Source of the DNA: an uncultured Acidobacteriota bacterium
GTDB taxonomy: Bacteria; Acidobacteriota; JAQAZP01
DNA length: 64,000 bases
Direction: 5' to 3'
Assembly (NCBI GenBank): GCA_963836075.1
Contig: CAWIIB010000009.1
Location: 384,001-448,000 of the forward strand
The number at the start of each line of letters is the position of its first letter. Within the stretch, counting starts at the first letter, position 1. The notes beneath the pieces were generated by a model. It made no database searches. It saw only the letters and a list, made by a program, of their open reading frames with translations, and was not told where the DNA came from. Made by a program: the position numbers and the translations under genes. Of this stretch, positions 9,912 through 20,086 are shown piece after piece.

Positions 9912-11882
9912 TCAAACGTTGACCTTGTTCAGCGATTCCGATTCCCGGACGAGACCCGTGTTGCCGGTGGAGGAATACTGCTCCAGCAGTTCGTCGATCA
10001 GCCCCTGGCAGAGTTCCACGTCGGCATCGATGGTGGGGACCACGCGGGCCAGTTCCTCGAGGGTGGTCTGGCGCCGGAGCACCTTGTCCAGGCCGTCGAG
10101 AATCATCGGGCGCATCCCGTAGGCCACGGCATTGGCCCGCAGGAGCAGCTGGTCGTTCAGGTCCTCCAGACCATCCAGCTCGTCGGCGGTGGGCACCCAG
10201 AGCTCGGTCACCGCCAGCCGGCCGCGGTAGCCGGTGTCGTCGCACTTTTTACAGCCCTTGCCCCGGACCAGCTTGATATCCACGCCTTCCCTGCCGAAGC
10301 AGGTTTTGAGCAGCCGCAGATCGGGCAGGTAGGCCTCGGCGCAGTCGGGACAGATCACCCGGGCCAGCCGCTGGCCCATGATCGCCGTGGTGTAGGAGAG
10401 GAAGATCAGCGGCTCCACCTGCAGCTCGCGGATCCGGCCCACGCTTTTGGTCGTGTTCACCGTGTGCAGCGTGCTCAGCAGCAGGTGCCCGGTCTGCACC
10501 GCCTTGATCGCCATGTTCGCCGTCTCCGGGTCACGGATCTCGCCGACCATGATCACGTCCGGATCCTGGCGCAGGAAGGCGCGCAGCAGGGTGGAGAAGT
10601 CCACGTTACGGGCCCGGTTCAGCTGGGTCTGGACGATGTCCTCGTAGGTGTATTCGATAGGGTCCTCGGCAGTGATGATCTTCTTTCCCGGGTCGGCCAC
10701 CGAGTTGAGGGCGGCATAGAGGGTGGTGCTCTTTCCCGAACCGGTGGGCCCGGAGACCAGGATCATCCCCTCGGGCTTGCGGATCAGTTCGTTGAACTTT
10801 TCGTAGACCCTGCCGGAGAACCCCAGCTGCTCCAGAGTCACCTTCCCCTTGTCCTGGTCCAGCACCCGGATGGTGATGCACTCGCCATTGCTCGAGCTCA
10901 CCGTGGAGACACGGAAGTCCACCAGCTTCGAGCGGCCACAGATCTTGTAGCGGCCGCGGAAACTCCCGTCCTGGGGCACCACCTTCTCGTCGATCTTCAT
11001 CGAGCGGGTCAGGATTTTGATCCGCGAGATCACCGAGATGTACTCGCGGTTGAAATCCTCGGGCATGGGGATGGTGCGCAGGGTGCCGTCCACCCGCAGC
11101 TTGACGATGCCGCCCTTCTCCCGGGCCTCGAGGTGGATGTCGCTGGCTTCGAATTTCAGTGCGGTGTTGAAGATATAGTCCATGATCTTCAGCGTCCGCC
11201 GGACCACCACGGGACTCTGGTGGCGCATATCTTCGTCGGATCGGGCCAGTCCTTTCTTTATCGAGACGTCTGAATCGGAGCCGAGGTTGAAGAGGTTGCG
11301 GATGAACAGGTCGATCTCGCCGGGAGGGGCGAGGTAGAACTCCATCTCCTTGTTGGTGTGGCGGAACTGCTGCAGGTCCTCCATCAGCAGGGTGTTGATC
11401 TCGGCGATGGCCACCTTGACGCTTCTCTTCCCTTCCTCGAATACCACCACCTGGTTCCTCTTGGAGAACTCCTCACTGATCACCCTTCGCAGGGTCTTGA
11501 CCGGGCTGATGTTGTATAGCGAGATGATGGGCAGGTTGAAGTGCCGGGAAAGAATCTGGAGATACCCCTCCTCGGTGATCAGGTCGCGTTCCATGAGGAT
11601 GTCCCGGAACGGCCGGAGAGTTTCGAGATGCTCTTCCTGGACTTCGGCCAGCTGTGCCTCGGAGAGATATCCCGCCGAAACCAGCATGTCTTCCAGAGAC
11701 TTGCGCTTGTTGTAGAGATCGAGGACGCGGTTGACCCGGACCTGCGACGCGCCCAGTTCGATGAGGATTTCGCCGAGATACCGCTCCCCCACCTCTTTCT
11801 GGAGGGCGAGGGCCTGCTCGAGCTGCTCCTCGCTGATCACCGACTGTGAAACAAGCAACTGCCCCAGCTTTTTACTGCTCAT
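9912..11882 (-). CDS. GspE/PilB-family secretion/pilus ATPase with N-terminal MshEN-like repeats
   Basis: ASDIHLE, PQDG, GPTGSGKSTTLY, EDPIEY, LRQDPDVIMVGEIRD, TGHLLLSTLH, CxxC..CxxC, GYRGR; alternative start 11906. Confidence 0.93.
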   Translation of the reverse strand: MSSKKLGQLLVSQSVISEEQLEQALALQKEVGERYLGEILIELGASQVRVNRVLDLYNKRKSLEDMLVSAGYLSEAQLAEVQEEHLETLRPFRDILMERDLITEEGYLQILSRHFNLPIISLYNISPVKTLRRVISEEFSKRNQVVVFEEGKRSVKVAIAEINTLLMEDLQQFRHTNKEMEFYLAPPGEIDLFIRNLFNLGSDSDVSIKKGLARSDEDMRHQSPVVVRRTLKIMDYIFNTALKFEASDIHLEAREKGGIVKLRVDGTLRTIPMPEDFNREYISVISRIKILTRSMKIDEKVVPQDGSFRGRYKICGRSKLVDFRVSTVSSSNGECITIRVLDQDKGKVTLEQLGFSGRVYEKFNELIRKPEGMILVSGPTGSGKSTTLYAALNSVADPGKKIITAEDPIEYTYEDIVQTQLNRARNVDFSTLLRAFLRQDPDVIMVGEIRDPETANMAIKAVQTGHLLLSTLHTVNTTKSVGRIRELQVEPLIFLSYTTAIMGQRLARVICPDCAEAYLPDLRLLKTCFGREGVDIKLVRGKGCKKCDDTGYRGRLAVTELWVPTADELDGLEDLNDQLLLRANAVAYGMRPMILDGLDKVLRRQTTLEELARVVPTIDADVELCQGLIDELLEQYSSTGNTGLVRESESLNKVNV

Positions 11883-12177
11883 TGGATTACCCCTGGTGAA
11901 GTTCATGCACTGAAGACGCCCCCGCCTTCCGCGTGAAGCGTCTCTCTCTATTTCGACATAAACAGCCCCGGGATTAAATCAAAACAGCCGTTAAATGAGG
12001 GACAGGAGCTATTTATCCACACATGTCGTCATGGTTAAAATGGGGACAGTTCACCTTTTATTCGAACATAGTCACCAATTGTGGCCCATGAACTCAACAA
12101 TCCTCGGCTTCTGTTAAGAATGTGCGGCTAATTTGCGCCTGTCCTTTTTTTCGTCCCGTTTTTAAATTGCGAGGCTG

Positions 12178-12205
12178 GTAACCTTTTTGACGGCGGATGC
12201 GTTTA
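12178..12205 (+). promoter_or_regulatory. ECF-type promoter (likely autoregulatory)
   Basis: GTAACC-N16-CGTTTA, 30 bp upstream of the ECF sigma start. Confidence 0.6.
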
Positions 12206-12235
12206 TCCTGGTGAGTGAAACAATGAAGCGAGGCA

Positions 12236-12793
12236 ATGGATAACAACACTTTCCAGAACATGCTGCAGGGGAACAGAAACCGGGTTTACAGCTACGCCCG
12301 CTACTTCCTCCGCAACAACGAAGACGCCGAGGACGTGACCCAGGAGGTATTCGTCAAAATGTGGCAGCGCTGCACAGAACAGAACCCGGAAAAGATCCCG
12401 GCCTGGCTGATGCGGGTGACCCACAACCTCTGCATCGACGTCACCCGGCGGCGCAAGACCTCGGTGGGTTGGCACGTCTCGGCGTCCCAGGTGGAGCCGG
12501 ACAGCCTGCCGGCCAACCGCTCGGCGGGCGACCCGGAAGCGCACTTCCGTCTGAACGAGGCCCAGCGGTCGCTGCTCGACGCCATGGCCACGCTGCCGGC
12601 CCGCACCCGCAGCATCATGCTCATGCACTATTTCCAGGGACAGACCTACGAAGCGATCAGCGAGATCCTGCAGATCCGGGTGAGCACGATCAAAGTCACC
12701 GTGCACCGGGCCCGCAAATCGCTGCGCAAAAAACTGACCGGATACAAACCGGAATACGTGGAGACAAGGGCCAATGAACCAGCAGTGTCGTAA
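12236..12793 (+). CDS. ECF sigma-70 factor
   Basis: DAEDVTQEVFVKMW, AWLMRVTHNLCID, region 4 YEAISEIL..STIKVTVHRAR. Confidence 0.93.
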   Translation: MDNNTFQNMLQGNRNRVYSYARYFLRNNEDAEDVTQEVFVKMWQRCTEQNPEKIPAWLMRVTHNLCIDVTRRRKTSVGWHVSASQVEPDSLPANRSAGDPEAHFRLNEAQRSLLDAMATLPARTRSIMLMHYFQGQTYEAISEILQIRVSTIKVTVHRARKSLRKKLTGYKPEYVETRANEPAVS

Positions 12794-13352
12794 AACGAGG
12801 AGTCTCTTCGGGCCCTACCTCGACGGGGACCTTGGCCCCCGGGCGATCCGCCGGGTGGACGGTCACCTCGGGGACTGCCCCGGGTGCCGGGCCGAGTTGC
12901 AGGCCGAGCGGCAGGTGGCCGACACCTTCGCCGCCCTGCCCGAACTGGCCTGCCCGGCGCGGGTGGACCAGAGGATCATGGAACGGCTGGTGGAGGAACC
13001 GCGGAAGCGGTCGTTCTTCGAGCGCCTGGGACCGATCCTCGGCTCCCCCGGCTGGAAAACAGTGACCGCCTGCGCCGCCGCCCTGGTGGTGGTGATGCTC
13101 TTCCTGCCGGTGACCACGCAGAGCCCGGTGGGCACCGAGGCCTCCCTCGGCGGAGAGGACGGTCAGATCAGCCACCAGGAGGCATACCAGGCTCGCCAGC
13201 GCGCCAAAACCAGCCTGGCCTACGTTGCGCAACTGATTCAGGAAACGGAAAAGAAGACGGTGAACGATGTCTTGTCCAGTAAACTGCCGAAGGCCATCAG
13301 GAATTCCCTCCAGCGTGTGGTCCCGGTGACAAAGGGAGGTTCGGACTCATGA
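12774..13352 (+). CDS. Anti-sigma factor with zf-HC2 domain and one TM helix
   Basis: YLDGDL..HLGDCPGC (HxxxCxxC); hydrophobic helix; overlaps sigma gene. Confidence 0.88.
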   Translation: MNQQCRKTRSLFGPYLDGDLGPRAIRRVDGHLGDCPGCRAELQAERQVADTFAALPELACPARVDQRIMERLVEEPRKRSFFERLGPILGSPGWKTVTACAAALVVVMLFLPVTTQSPVGTEASLGGEDGQISHQEAYQARQRAKTSLAYVAQLIQETEKKTVNDVLSSKLPKAIRNSLQRVVPVTKGGSDS

Positions 13353-13903
13353 AAACCAAAGCACTGATCGTAGCGGCCGTGTTTCTTCTGCTCTGCGCGC
13401 TGAGCGCCCAGGCCCAGGAGGATCTCTCCGGGCATGCCGGGTATGTCGACCTGGACCGGATCGAGATCCCGGTGGACGCCTCGGAAATCACCGAGGTGAA
13501 CCTCGGCCCCGAGCTGCTGAAGATGGCGGCCAAGATGGAGAACGGCGATTCGGACCTGAGCAGTACCCTGGACGGCCTGTTCGGCATCCGGGTCAAATCG
13601 TTCGGCCTGACCCCCGAGCTGGCCGGCCAGATCCGTCCCATCGTGGACGACATCCAGGCCCAGCTGGACAACGAGGGCTGGAAGCGGCTGGTCTACGTCA
13701 AGGACGGTGAGGAACTGGTCATCGTCAGCATCAAGTATGACCCGGTGGACGAGAGCAAAGTGGCCGGCATGATGGTCATCGCCTTCGAGCCGGGCGACGA
13801 GGCCACCTTCGTCAACATGGTGGGCAGCATCGACCTGGCCAACATGGGCGACCTGCTGGAGAATGTGGACGTGGAGCTGGACGACCTGGTGGAAACCGAC
13901 TGA
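13349..13903 (+). CDS. DUF4252-like secreted protein
   Basis: Signal peptide AQA-Q; EVNLGPELLKMAA, GWKRLVYVKD, FVNMVGSIDL; typical third gene of ECF operons. Confidence 0.75.
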   Translation: MKTKALIVAAVFLLLCALSAQAQEDLSGHAGYVDLDRIEIPVDASEITEVNLGPELLKMAAKMENGDSDLSSTLDGLFGIRVKSFGLTPELAGQIRPIVDDIQAQLDNEGWKRLVYVKDGEELVIVSIKYDPVDESKVAGMMVIAFEPGDEATFVNMVGSIDLANMGDLLENVDVELDDLVETD

Positions 13904-13942
13904 TCGCCTGACTGTCCACCACGAAAATCCAGGTGTAAACGA

Positions 13943-13980
13943 AAAGCCCCGGGAGGACGATCCTCCCGGGGCTTTGTTTT
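13943..13980. terminator. Bidirectional intrinsic terminator between convergent genes
   Basis: AAAGCCCCGGGAGGA-CGA-TCCTCCCGGGGCTTT with A/T tracts on both sides. Confidence 0.88.
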
Positions 13981-13981
13981 C

Positions 13982-14003
13982 TATACTTTTTATGTACGTC
14001 CCC
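13982..14003. repeat. Single arm of GGGACGTACAT element (copy 2)
   Basis: TATACTTTTTATGTACGTCCCC identical to 7670-7691. Confidence 0.85.
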
Positions 14004-14017
14004 CCTCCGCCCGCGGC

Positions 14018-17000
14018 TTACGGCAACGTGGCGGTGATGGTCACCGAATCGGTGTCGCGTGTCGCCCGAGGGCGCGAACGGCGGCTGGTTGTACGGCGCC
14101 GGCGTCACGTCCTCACCGATAATGGTGAAAACGTTGCTGCCCACCAGCGAACTGAGACCCGGGAAGTTCTGGGTCCACATGTTGCTGTAGGTCTCGCCGG
14201 AACTGAGATTGGTCCAGCCGGCACGCCAGTTGCTGTACGACGTGCCGTTGCCGATCACCATGTCGACGCGGCCGGCGGCCCGGCGGTTCTCGGTGGTCAG
14301 GTTGGTCAGCGACACCGCCATCTGGGTGCCGAAGGGCAGCACACCGCTGTCCGGAGTGGCGCCGATGACCACCTCCACCGTGTCGGTGGGTACGCACGGG
14401 ACCGCTGTCCAGTCCCCAGATCTCCACGTCGTCGATGTTCCAGCCGGAATACTGCCAGGCGCTGTCGGTGGATCCCATGGTCCAGCGGAGGTAGACGGTG
14501 GACTGGTCGTCGGCCACGGCGGAGATGTCGTACTCCACCTGGGTCCACGAGGAATCGGTCACCTCGGCGGTGTTCTCCCAGACCGTGGTCCAGGTGGAAC
14601 CGTTGGTGCTCACCCGCACGTAGGCGTGGTCGTAAACCGGCTGCTCCACGTTGAGGTAGCGCCAGAACTTCACCGACACCTGGTCGAGGCCACTGCAGTC
14701 GATGGCGGTGGAGGTGAGGTGCGTCTCCGAGAGATAGTTCTCGTAGTCGCCCGAGAGGTTGTAACCGTAAACGTTCGAGCCGCTGTGCCCGCTGGTGGGG
14801 TCGGGGTTGCCGTACTGGCCGCCGCCGCCGCTGGGAGAGCCGTAGGCCCACAGGCCGGCCGTGGTCCAGCCGGGGTTGCTGCCCATGTCCCACTGCTGCT
14901 GCAGGGTGGGCACGCCCACCTGGAGGTTCACCGCCCGGGTGGTGTCGCCGTCGTGGCTGGTGGTGTTGGTGAAGCTCACCGTGTCGTTGTACATCCCGTT
15001 GCCCAGCGCGTTGGCCCCGGAGTTGACCGAAATGGTGATGTTGGCCGAACCGCCGCCGGGCAGGTAGCCGCCGGTGGAGGAGATGGTGACCCAGCTCTGG
15101 GTCTTGCTCACCGTGTAGTTGATGCCGCCGGGCTCCATGTTCTCGATGGTGTAGACCATGCTGGAGGGGCTGAAGGGGCCGCCGGCCTGGCCCGCGGGGT
15201 CGAACGAGCCGCTGGGGGAAACCTTCATGCCAGTCACTTCGGCGCCCTGGATGGCCAGCGCCGGGTCGCCGAAGAGGTTCAGCTCGTAGGTGCACCAGCG
15301 CATGCAGGCTTCGTTGATGCGGTAGATATTGTCTTCCTTGGAGTCCTGGTTGGCCTTGCTCACCTCGGGCATTGACTCATCGAACACCGCGTCCCAGAAC
15401 TCGCGATTGAACCGCTGGGAGGGCCCGTCGGTGCTGTCGTATTCACCCCAGCCGTAGCGGGCGTTCATCACCAGGGCAAAGGCGCCGTGGTCGGTCTTGA
15501 TGTTCATCGTCTCGGCCCAGCAGTCAGTGCCGTCCAGGTGGCCGGCAAGACAGGTCTGGGAGTAGAGGAACAGCAGCTCGGTGTTGTTCAGGTCGCTGGT
15601 CACGTCGCTGTTGTAGAACTTCATCGCGTAGTCTTCGGAGCCGTGACCGAGGTGGTTGAGGATGTGCAGGCCGTTGTTGATCGCCGTGGCCAGGGTCGAC
15701 TGGTACCAGGACATGTCCCGCTCGAACATCTCGCTGATGGAGTAGTCGGCGGTGGGGATACCCACGGTGGTGTAGCCGTGAGTGCTGGCCCCGTCCTCCA
15801 GCTCTTCCATGGTGTTGGCCGCGTAATCGCTGTCACCACCAAAACCGAGATACTCGCCCACCAGCAGCACTTCGGCCGGCAGGCTGTGCGAGCCGTTGAG
15901 ATACCAGAGGGTCTTGGTCACGAAACGGTTGACCTCGGTGGTGGTGCCCGCGCAACAGCGGCCCACATAGACCTCGGCCATCATGTCCACGTCGCTGCCG
16001 CCGGCGCCGTCGTTGGGCTCACCGTAGCGGCTGTCACCATCGTTGTTCCAGGTGCCGTCGAGGCAGCCGAAGTAGATATCGCCAGGCATGGCCGTCTCGG
16101 TGTAGCCGGCCTGGGAGTCGACGTAGAGATTCTGGGCCGGGATGATGTCGTCGTCGCCGCCGATCAGCACGTACTCGATGCCGTCGTTGGTGTAGGCGTC
16201 GATGATGTAGTCACGGATGCTCACCGGGTCGCTGCCCCCCGCCTCGGCGGTGGTGTGGATCTCGGTGGAGAGGCCGTGGTTGTCGTGATACGACTCCAGC
16301 GCGGCAAAGGAGCCGGAGAGGGTGCTGGTGGTCAGGATCAGCATGTCGTAGGCCCGGGTGCCGCGCGTGCCGGCCGCCTCGTAGGTGCCCGCCACCTCCG
16401 GGTTGTCCACCCGGCTGCGGATCCTGGCCGCGTCACTGTCAAACCCGCGGAAGAGCGGCGAGACCTTGTTCGTCTCAGCGGTCTCCACCACCACCCGCAG
16501 GCTGGGAGTGTAGAAGAGTTCGCCGGTGGCCGGGATGTAGTCCACCGGCTGCAGCCGCAGCACCAGGACCTGGTAGCCGCGGAACGACTGGGTGCCGATC
16601 TCCTCGAAGCTGGCCGCGGGGTAGACCTGGGCCGACGCGTAGACCGCCTGGTCCGGCGTGGGCCGGGCGGCCGCCCGGGGGCCGTCCATCAGCCGGTAGG
16701 GCATGGCCACCGGCTCCACCAGCATCTGGTCGCCGAGGAGCACGCGCTCGCCGGCAATGACATCCACGCTCTTCACTTCGGCGCCCAGGGGCAGCAGGAT
16801 CCGCGCCCCGCTGGCCGGCAGCGCCGGGCTGCCCACCGGGCCGCCGTTGGTGGCGCCGTCGAGGATCACCCGGTGATAGAGGGTGTCGCCGATGCGCACC
16901 GTGGTGACCTGCGGACAGTCAAAGGTGTAGTCGAGCGTCAGTTGCCCGGCCCCGGCGGTAAAACTGAGGGTGAAGAAGAGTATGGTCAGGGACACGAGAC

Positions 17001-17022
17001 GCAGGGTGTTCAGGCAGCGCAT
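14018..17022 (-). CDS. Secreted C25 (gingipain-like) cysteine peptidase: propeptide, catalytic domain, BACON-like and jelly-roll domains, shared C-terminal domain; two frameshifts (~14390, ~14055)
   Basis: GGAGG RBS, signal peptide; YVLIGGDDDIIP, EVYVGR, NHLGHG (His), SQTCLAG (Cys), LNLFGDPAL; last ~120 aa in shifted frames, a 7-nt duplication GCGACAC near the end, TAA at 14018. Confidence 0.85.
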
Positions 17023-17460
17023 ACAGAACCTCCGGAAGAAGGAGTGGTTTTCCCGTCCCCGACCCTGATTGGCCGGCGAACAGGTCCGCACCCCGTGGGC
17101 GGGGCACGGCAAGCTTCCAGGGAGATACTGGAACGTCCTGCGGGTGGCGGTTCATCGGTTGTGCGTCGCCGCGTCGATCAGCAATCCAAGATGAGATCTG
17201 ATGGCGTATTCAAAGTGCCGGGTCGGGCACGGCGATCTGATGGCAGCAATGGTGTCGATGAACCCGTCTTCGCGGTCATTGAAGCACTTCCCAGCCAGCA
17301 AAAACCAGCAACCACTAATACCTGCGCTCCAATATAAGGCCAGAAGAGGATTATGGCAAGATAAACTCCTGGTTGATTTTTGACATAGTAAGCTACTAGG
17401 AATTATGGGGTTGCGTCGTTTTCAGCGGGAAAATTCACCGGCGTGATGCCGGCCCGTCAA

Positions 17461-19891
17461 TCACTTGCTGAAGGAGAAGTAGCCCCCCGCCACCTTTCCG
17501 CCGTGGGTCATCCAGCCGTCGTAGGCGAAGAAATCATACCCGAGAACCAGTTCCACCCCGAAGGCGTTCTGACGGTAGGCCCGCAGCCGGGCGCCGAGCC
17601 CTTCGCCGGCACCCGGCATGGTGAGGATCTCGTCCTGGCCGTCGTCATCCAGGTCCCAGGCCCCCACCACCACGCCATAGCCGTCCGCCGATGCGAGGAA
17701 ATTGATCGTGGGAATGGAGGTCAGTTCCTCGCCGTCGTAGTTCCATCCCTTGACGCTGGCGCCATAGTTGCTGCCCGGCCCCACCCCGGTGAGGATCTCG
17801 TCCATCCCGTCACCGTCCAGGTCGCCGCAGGCCACATTGACACCCCATTTGCCGGTGGCGTAGGCAAAGAAGCTGATCCCGGCAATGGGATCGGTGGTGG
17901 CCCCGCCGTCGTGGTCCCAGCCCCGCACATGGGGGCCGAAAGCCTCGCCCGGCCCGGCCCCGGTGACGATCTCGTCATAGCCGTCGCCGTCCAGGTCGCC
18001 GCAGGCCACGTTGACCCCCCACTTCAGCGTGCCGTAGGCCATGAAATTCACGGCGGCGATGGCGCTCACCCCGCCCCCGGAGTAGTCCCAGCCCCGCACG
18101 TGGGGGCCGAAGACCGCGCCGGGCCCGGCGCCGGTGACGATCTCGTCATAGCCGTCGCCATCCACGTCGCCGCAGGCCACGTTCACCCCATAGCGCGGCG
18201 TGCCGTAAGCCAGGAAGCTGATGCCGCTGATCGGATCACCGCCCACGCCCCAGCCCCGCACGTGGGGCCCGTAGTTCTCGCCGGGGCCGGGACCGGTGAC
18301 GATTTCGTCGAACCCCAGGCCGTCAAGATTGCCGCAGGCCACGTTGACCCCGTAACGGGCGCCGGAGTATGCCTCCCACTCGCCCCGGGAGGTGCGGACC
18401 AGCGACGGGTTGGCCACTCCGGGGCCGGGGCCGGTGACCAGCGGGCCCCAGTCGGCGCTGTCCCCCCAGTTGGCGACGATGAAGAAGCTCTCCGGGGGCG
18501 TGGAGTCGATGTTGCCGTCCCGGTCCCTGGAGCGGACGTAGAAGGTGTAGGGCCCGGTTCCCAGGTCGCGGTAGATGGCCGTGCGGGCCTGGCTCCAGGC
18601 GGACCAGTCCTCGCGATCCAGACGCCAGGAGAAACGGAGGTCCTCTTCGGGATCGCGGTTGTCAGTGGCACTGAAGGCGAAGATGAGCACCGGCGAGTCC
18701 ACCGTGCCGTCTGGGGCCGCCGTCGATGGTGGTCACCGGCTCCTCCCAGATCTCGTAGTGGAAACCCATGTCCACCACCCCGGTGTCGGGGGCCGAGTCG
18801 GTGCGGGTGGTGCCGTTGATCATCGGGCCGGCCGGGTTGCCGGCATCGACGCAGGGGCTGGTCACCGACTGGCCGGCCGCCTGCTGCCTCAGGTAGTACT
18901 CGCCGATGGCCCCGCTGACGAAGAGCGGGTCGACGTCGATCATCCCGCCCCACCAGTTGAGGATGCACCCCTCATCGAGATACGCGCCGGCCCGCCCGCC
19001 GGTGACGCTGGAGTAGCTGATGCTCAGGGTGGAGGGATAGTTGTGCGAGCGGAGCCCGATCTCGGCCCCCTCCGCCGCCGAATCGAGATAGAGGATCGAG
19101 CTGGTCACCGTGGGCGTGGACGATTCCATACAGCCGATGCCGCCGCCGTAGTCGGTGGCCGAGTTGAAAGTGATGGTGCAGTTGCGGATCTGAACCCCGG
19201 CCCGGCGGCAGGCGATACCCCCGCCCCAGGTCTGGGCCGAGTTGCCGGCCACCAGGTTGTTCACCAGCACCGTGGCCGAGTCGTCGAAGCGCAGCCCGCC
19301 CCCCTCGCCCACGCTGGCGACGTTGCCGGTGATCTGGTTGTGGCGGATGGTGGGCGACGAGTGGTAGCAGTTGATCCCCCCGGCCCAGCCGGCGCTGTTG
19401 AAGGAGATCTCGTTCCATTCGATCACCGGCGAGGACTGGTAACAGTGGATGGCGCCGCCTTTGTACAGCGCCGAATTGGAGGTGAGGATATTGCCGCTGA
19501 TGGTGGGCGACGCGTAATAGCAGTAGACCGCCCCCCCGTTCTGGGCATACCCGGACTGGATGGTAAACCCGTGAAGCACCGACCCCGGCCCCTCTCCACC
19601 GTCGAAGATGAATCCCCGGGCGTTGCTGCCGCAATCGATGATGCAGCCCTGGGGCCCGTTCTCCGACGTGACGGTGATCGCCTTGCCGTGGAACCGGATG
19701 TTGACGAAACCCTTGCCGCGGTAAGAATCGTCGGCCACCAGCACCGTGTCCCCGTCCACGGCCAGATCTATGGCATCCTGGATGGTGGGTGCGTTTCCGG
19801 GCACTTTGATCTCCGCGGCAGCGGCCGGCGCGGCACAGCAGGGCAGAAGGGAAAGTATCAGGAGGACACGGAGCGTATGGGCGAAAGACAT
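17461..19891 (-). CDS. Secreted protein: right-handed beta-helix + Y_Y_Y/Fn3-like domain + C-terminal FG-GAP-like repeats; one frameshift (~18713)
   Basis: Signal peptide; PTIQDAIDLAVDGDTVLVA, GGAIxC repeats, SPCVDAG; YRDLGTGPYTFYVRSRD; four GVNVACG[DN]xDGxGxDEIxTG repeats; two ORFs join with one extra base. Confidence 0.8.
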
Positions 19892-20086
19892 CACAATCTC
19901 CGTTGACGGCTGCGGCTCATCCCGCACCGGCGTGCCCGGCACGGGCGGTCTGGGTTGCAAGGCTGCCGATCATTGCAGAAAGTTTATTTTATCACAGCGG
20001 TTCACCATAGGCATTCATTCCCCGATGCACTAAAATTCAGGCGATATTCCAAACTGTCCCTGTCCACCTGGGGGGGAGGATCAGCC

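Noticed and set aside
17600-18460. CRISPR-like or tandem DNA repeats
   Set aside because: These are in-frame protein repeats (FG-GAP-like), not repeat-spacer units; no CRISPR array seen anywhere in the window
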